From Oopsacas minuta (Eukaryota > Animalia > Porifera), in NCBI GenBank assembly GCA_024704765.1, contig JAKMXF010000165.1, forward strand, positions 1 through 10,540: a stretch of DNA of 10,540 nt. Direction: 5' to 3'. The notes beneath the pieces are model-generated. The model did no database searches and was not told where the DNA came from. It was given only the letters and a program-made list of their open reading frames with translations. Every line of letters begins with the position of its first letter. Position 1 is the stretch's first letter. Below, piece by piece: positions 9,168 through 10,540 of this stretch. The position numbers and the translations under genes were made by a program.

Positions 9168-10447
9168 CAGGGTGTCCCATATGTATTGGTCGGTACACTC
9201 ATTTTTTATTCAATCTTAATTGTAAAGTAAGCCATTACGAAATGTTATTGTGTATTTATATGTATTCAAGTTACAATTCTTAGAACATTTTCTACCAATT
9301 AGTTTTAACTTTACGCATATTTTAAGTTGATCTCCTATTAGACTTCGTTTAGCTCCGAATTGTTAACTATGGATGTCAGAGATTATGGTGTATCGATTCG
9401 TTCTCGGGCAATTGGGGAGTGGGATAACTCAGAAAGTTGTTTCGCAGAGTTTAAGCGTCAGCCTAAGATCAGTGAGACGTGGTGGCATGCACAAACCTCG
9501 GCAATCTCTCGAATCTACACCAAAATCTGGTCGTAAAAAGACAGTCTCTCGTGTAGCTAAAATTGTCATTTCCAAATCATTAGGAAACGAAGACAGTCAA
9601 CAAGAAAAATTGCTTCTAAGTTAGCCAATAAAGGAATATCCATGTCTATATCAACAGTACATCGCTATCTAAAGACTGATTTAAAGGTAAAATCGTACAA
9701 AGGGCTAAAAATACCCAGACTTACCCAAAAAATGAAAGAAAATCGCATAAAATTCAGTCAGGGAACTATTAATTGGACTGCTGAAGCTTGGAAAAAGGTA
9801 CTGTAGAGTGATGAATCGCCGTTTGAACTCTTCTCTCTCCCAAATCGCCAAAATGATCGAGTATGGTCGAAATCCACCACAAAGGTTGTGCCATGCCTCG
9901 TGTTAAATTTCCCCCTATAATTCAAGTCTGGGGTATGATTTCCTTTCAATTTGTTTCCGAATTGCATATAATACCGAAAGGACAGATGGTTAAGGAGCTT
10001 ATTATAGGGATAGTATATTAGCAGATACCTGTATGGCTGCGATCAAACATAGGCTAAGACAGGTACAATATTGGAAAAGTCAATGCTCCAAAACATGTTC
10101 AAAAATTTTTTTATGCAGGATGGAGCACCTGCTCACACAACTAAACTAACTCAACAGTGGTGTGCAGAGAATCTCCCGAACTTTTGGCGTAAAGAGGATT
10201 GGCAGGGGAATTCTCCAGATTTAAATCCCATTGAATATGTTTGGGGATATTTGAAAGATAATATGACTAACATGAAAGAAGTGAGCACTCTAATGGGGCT
10301 TGAAAAAATCTGAAAAAAGCATGAAGATCAATTCTTAATGATTTTCTCGAAAATTTAGTCAGTGGTATGCCCAATCGTATTAGACGTGTTCTCCAATGTA
10401 ATGGAGAGTATATAAATAAATAAATATATTGTATATAATGAAGTATA
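9168..10447 (+). mobile_element. IS630-Tc1-mariner element of DD37E type; left TIR at 9168-9193, interrupted in its 3' subterminal region at TA 10446-10447
   Basis: TA-CAGGGTG terminus. Its partner TIR is at 301-326. Reconstructed length is about 1.33 kb. Confidence 0.9.
9369..10423 (+). pseudogene. DD37E transposase pseudogene with multiple frameshifts and stops
   Basis: Reconstructed by hand: MDVRDYGVSIRSRAIG / SGITQKVV..PKSGRKK / RRQSTRKIASKL...STVHRYLK...WKKVL*SDESPFELF.LPNRQNDRVW / IQVWGMIS / FMQDGAPAH...WQGNSPDLNPIEYVW / MPNRIRRVLQCNGEYINK*. D codons are at 9810 and 10119 and the E codon at 10233, giving 37 residues between the second D and E. Confidence 0.92.
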
Positions 10448-10540
10448 CAGGGTGTTAAGAAATTGATGCCCTAATTATATTTGAGTAACAGTTTGAAATC
10501 AGCGGTATAGAAAGTGGTGATCACTTTCCAATATAACCGC
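10448..10540. mobile_element. Left-hand part of the probable MITE; TIR at 10448-10475
   Basis: TA-CAGGGTGTTAAGAAATTGATGCCCTAAT pairs with 248-274. The element would be 367 bp if the window ends are directly contiguous. Confidence 0.8.

Noticed and set aside
8741-9967. ORFs 8741..9019 (+) and 9758..9967 (-)
   Set aside because: Antisense shadows of the two transposase pseudogenes.
8450-10313. Bacterial IS630 insertion sequences
   Set aside because: Tc1-type SPDLNPIE/SPDINPIE motifs, TA-CAG TIRs of about 27 bp, and a neighbouring FLYWCH-MULE and satellite point to eukaryotic ITm elements. The frameshifts look like random decay.
1-10540. Fanzor/TnpB or other RNA-guided cargo in the transposons
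   Set aside because: No RuvC-like or zinc-ribbon ORF was seen. The reconstructed elements (about 1.3 kb each) are fully accounted for by the transposase gene and termini.

Overview
AT-rich eukaryotic (probably invertebrate) repetitive DNA with no intact host gene. The backbone is a satellite family built on a ~58-59 bp subunit (motif TTTGAAATTGAGTGACAA). It occurs as a diverged ~174-bp trimeric array (7825-8261, 767-1969, 3712-4500) and as a more homogeneous array of ~52 x 59-bp monomers (~4550-7668). Inserted into it are an internally deleted FLYWCH-MULE element (1970-3711, 9-bp TSD TTGAAATTG) and a three-level Tc1/mariner nest: a DD34E Tc1, carrying a DD37E element, carrying a probable MITE. 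All transposase genes are decayed. The most striking observation is that the window is circularly permuted. All three nested elements have one end at the right edge and the other at the left edge. Joining 10540 to 1 restores three TIR pairs with TA target sites, a colinear Tc1 transposase, and the 174-bp satellite register. This means a >=10.5 kb tandem macro-repeat, an extrachromosomal circle, or two contigs scaffolded in swapped order across the single N at 7669. The window alone cannot distinguish these.
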